A stretch of DNA of 64,000 nucleotides from Felis catus (Eukaryota): NCBI RefSeq assembly GCF_018350175.1, contig NC_058382.1, forward strand, positions 51,338,001 through 51,402,000, written 5' to 3'. Positions 60,848 to 64,000 of the stretch are shown here, in pieces (the first letter of the stretch is position 1; every line of letters begins with the position of its first letter). The notes under the pieces were generated by a model, which was given only the letters and a program-made list of their open reading frames with translations, ran no database searches and was not told the DNA's origin. A program made the position numbers and the translations under genes.

Positions 60848-62217
60848 CTAAAGAGAGAACATTTTCAAATGTTAGTCCAAAGGGACCATATACAGACACC
60901 CAATCATGTCTTATGGCTTCGAAGTGTTCTACACAGTTTTAGTTTAATTGATTAATGTAATTAATTTTAGTTTAAGTGATTAATGTACTTAAATTTTTTT
61001 GCAGGAAACTAACTAGAGGCATATGGCTCTCTGTCCTGCCCAGATAGATAAATTCAGTATTCAATATTTTCCTTCCTTTTAAAAGATATTGTCATCAACG
61101 GATCCTCCTCATAACCCTGTGAGGTATGAATATTATCATTTCTATTTCATATATAGAATAGTAAGCTACTGAACATTTACATGCCTTATCTAAGTTTGTT
61201 ATTTGGGTCAGAGCAACCACTAAAATCATAGCTAACCCAATACAAAACATCCACTTAACAGTGGCATTAGCATCAAAGCTCAAGGTATATTTTCTAGGAC
61301 AACATACGTCCTGGTCTTTTTCTGAAGCAGGTAGCACAAAAAGGCCTGAACAATGTCAACGGATTAAGTGCATTATTCTCCTGTTCTCTATAATGTGAAA
61401 AATGCTTCTGTTTTCAAAAATGACTTCTGCCAACAACAGCTAAAAAATCATTCCAGCCAGTGCTTGATTCTATCTGGAACCACACTGTGGTATTAAATGT
61501 CTTTCTTCCCAGTTCTGGGTCCTCATAAGCAGTAGAACAGGCTCATGGCTATGTACCCAGTATAGGCTATGTACCCAGTTAGTGTTACGCGCACACTTGT
61601 GGGTCAACTGCACCCACCTTGCTGCTATGAGGTCCATGAGATGATGCGAGAAACCCAGCCTATCATCACCATCACCACCATCACAATGATCTAGATGATC
61701 ATCGATCCATTAAAAATAACTGGGGAGTTCCTACTGTATGCAATGGAATATACTAGAAAATACAGTATAGATGTAGAAGATATAGTCCTTACTCAGTGTC
61801 TAGTGCAAATATAGAAAAGATGTGTCCCTTTCTAAAGGATGTGTAACTTTCTAAAGGATGGACTGCTAACTAGGGGCAGAGCTATGTACCATGAAGAACA
61901 GTCAAATTCTCTTCAGCTACCCAGTTCTGCAGTCACGATGCTTAGAGAATAAACCACAACTAGGCTAGTTAAACAATTTATCTCAATGGTCATCAATAGA
62001 GTTAATAAAGAAAAATACAAAACAAATAAAGGAAACGAGCTCACCATTCTACCCTGACTTCGGTCGAATAGAACAACATTCACCAGATGGTACAGTGAAC
62101 ATAGTCCGCCATTTAAATACTAAGTCTCCTTATTAAGGGTCCTAAGGGCTACCCAGCCAGTAGAAAGTTTCCTTACTGTTTTCGCAGGTGTGAGTGAAGC
62201 ATCCATTCATACCATAC

Positions 62218-62377
62218 CTAGAGTGTCACATGGTTCATTCTTCCAGGAACAAATGTCAAATCCCGTGAGGAGGATGGCATGGTCATGCCTCTTGCCATTC
62301 TTTCCAGTGAGGGCGGACTGCCATTGACAGAAACTATTCAGAGACTGGTCTGCATGATGGTTGATCAATAATCCTCC
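62218..62377 (-). CDS. ADAMTS18: ADAMTS18 exon ~7 (160 nt), metalloprotease domain: GGLLINHHADQSLNSFCQWQSALTGKNGKRHDHAILLTGFDICSWKNEPCDTL
   Basis: tttcccatag acceptor, gtatgg donor, phase 0 to 1; hand translation (not in ORF track). Confidence 0.95.
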
Positions 62378-63639
62378 CTATGGGAAACCCACACAAATCA
62401 GAGCATGAATGTGTCTCAGAGGCAAGAACGTTGAATCATTCCATTTGTACAGGCAAACACAGAAACATCATGCTTCTGGGGAGAAAGGTCAGTAGAGGAA
62501 AACACTTGAGCCAAGGTTGGAGACAGAAGTTAAAAAAAAAAACAACCCTAAAGCTATTTAGGTAAATTCTCACAACATTTCAAGCCACTACAGAGTTTTA
62601 GTAGTATACTTTATGACCAATTCTCTATCTACAAAAAAATCAAATAACCTGACATCAGTTAGGAATCTCTATGTTCATTTCATGCTAATATCACCTTTAC
62701 ACAACTGTTATAGCTTTTTGTAACAGTTAGATTATATATATATATTATATATATATATAGTTAGATTATTATATATATTTTATGTAAGTTAGATTATAAC
62801 TTGTAGCCTAATTGTAAGTTAATGGTGATAAAGTTCAACGCTCTCTTCAATAGAGCATGAGGAAGGTAGTGACCACAGCTTATTCACGCCTACGTCACAA
62901 TTTCCAGCAAAGGGCTTGACACATCATAGATTAAAATCAATCCATCCATCAGTCAATAAAATGAAAGCTCACTGAACGGATGTAGAAACAAATAGTTATA
63001 AGATTCTGAGGGGGTAAGACGGAACCTAGCCTTAACATAATTATTTACCAAAATCTGTCCTTACAACTACTGACTTGGGTCAAGTGGAGGGTTTTTAGAC
63101 TAGGTCTTTAATTATCTGTGAATTAGGATGCCTCTGGCTTCAATGTCCTTGGGCGAAGTATAAGTGGTAGGTTAAAGACACGAGTGTCTCTCAAGAACAC
63201 ACACCCTCCTTTCTACCTTTCTAAAATTCCAAGAGCAACGTGACAGGTTGTTAACCTCTGCAGCTCTACACACCTGGACCATTAGATTAATTTTCGTCTT
63301 GTCTCCGACTCCTTGCTTTGTACATTAATTACTGGGGTTACACATGAAGAGGAGAAGCCACAGGGGACTTAAAAAATGGTTTGAGTGGTAATCCCCATCT
63401 CAGAAAAATACAGTTTCAGCATCGAAACACTACAAAGCAGTGGGAGCCATGCAATTAACACGTTATTATATGGTCTGGTTTTATAATTTACCCCATACCT
63501 GTGTCCTGCACCTCAAGGTAATCAATTCAAGGGCAGCTAAATATTCCTTATTTATTCTCTGTGGTACCTGAGATGGTGCTGGGGAGACGGTAGGTTTACT
63601 GTAAGAATTTTCTGGTGACTTATGCTCAGTGTATTTTCT

Positions 63640-63866
63640 TTCTTTTTTTTTTTTTTAATTTTTTTTAACGTTTTATTTATTTTTGAGACAGAGACAGAGC
63701 ATGAACGGGGGAGGGGCAGAGAGAGAGGGAGACACAGAATCAGAAGCAGGCTCCAGGCTCTGAGCCATCCGCCCAGAGCCCGACACGGGGCTCGAACTCA
63801 CGGACCACGAGATCGTGACCTGAGCTGAAGTCGGACGTTTAACCGACTGAGCCACCCAGGCGCCCC
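63640..63866 (-). mobile_element. Felid Can-SINE
   Basis: TSD ctcagtgtattttc. Confidence 0.92.
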
Positions 63867-64000
63867 TCTCAGTGTATTTTCAAAATATGCTTTGACCTCA
63901 ACCTGCAATTACCTAGCATGTCCAAGATCCAAAATCCAACTAACCCTTAAAGCTATTATCAAATGCACCTTCCCTGTGAAGCCTACATAATATTTGTATT

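Larger units (their letters stand above)
1380..62377 (-). other. ADAMTS18: ADAMTS18 gene, partial (14 coding exons plus introns; gene extends beyond both window ends)
   Basis: 14 GT-AG exons splice into one open frame of 2136 nt. The peptide HESGHNFGMIHDGEGNPCRKAEGNIMSPTLTGNNGVFSWSSCSRQYLKKFLS matches ADAMTS18 rather than paralogue ADAMTS16 as I recall them. Domain order is protease, disintegrin, TSR1, Cys-rich, spacer, TSRs. Confidence 0.97.

Noticed and set aside
5112..63866. Recurrent peptides (GAWVAQSVKRPT, ETEHERGRGRE) and tRNA-like A/B boxes as a repeated gene family, tRNA genes or a CRISPR-like array
   Set aside because: They are translations of dispersed Can-SINEs with tails and TSDs; irregular spacing, no cloverleaf
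1..64000. A novel multi-gene or prokaryote-type system
   Set aside because: The window is accounted for by one vertebrate gene, its introns and common repeats; I found no second gene or RNA gene I could support

Overview
Mammalian genomic DNA from a cat-family carnivore, judged by about 27 tRNA-derived Can-SINEs including young felid SINEC_Fc-type copies. The whole window lies inside one gene on the minus strand, ADAMTS18. I traced 14 consecutive coding exons (62377 down to 1380, 2136 nt, 712 codons) with GT-AG boundaries and consistent phases. They cover the end of the metalloprotease domain (zinc motif HESGHNFGMIH, Met-turn), the disintegrin-like domain, TSR1, the Cys-rich and spacer domains and the C-terminal TSRs. 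Exon numbers (about 7-20) follow human numbering recalled from memory. The rest is intron filled with SINEs, L1/L2, MLT1, MER/Tigger DNA transposons and microsatellites. I see no novel multi-gene system. The most unusual structures are a two-segment, locally templated inverted insertion inside a SINE (32886-33097), an LTR-like element nested in a SINE, a three-tier SINE nest and a few splice-site oddities. Repeat family names come from recalled consensus motifs, not from a database search.
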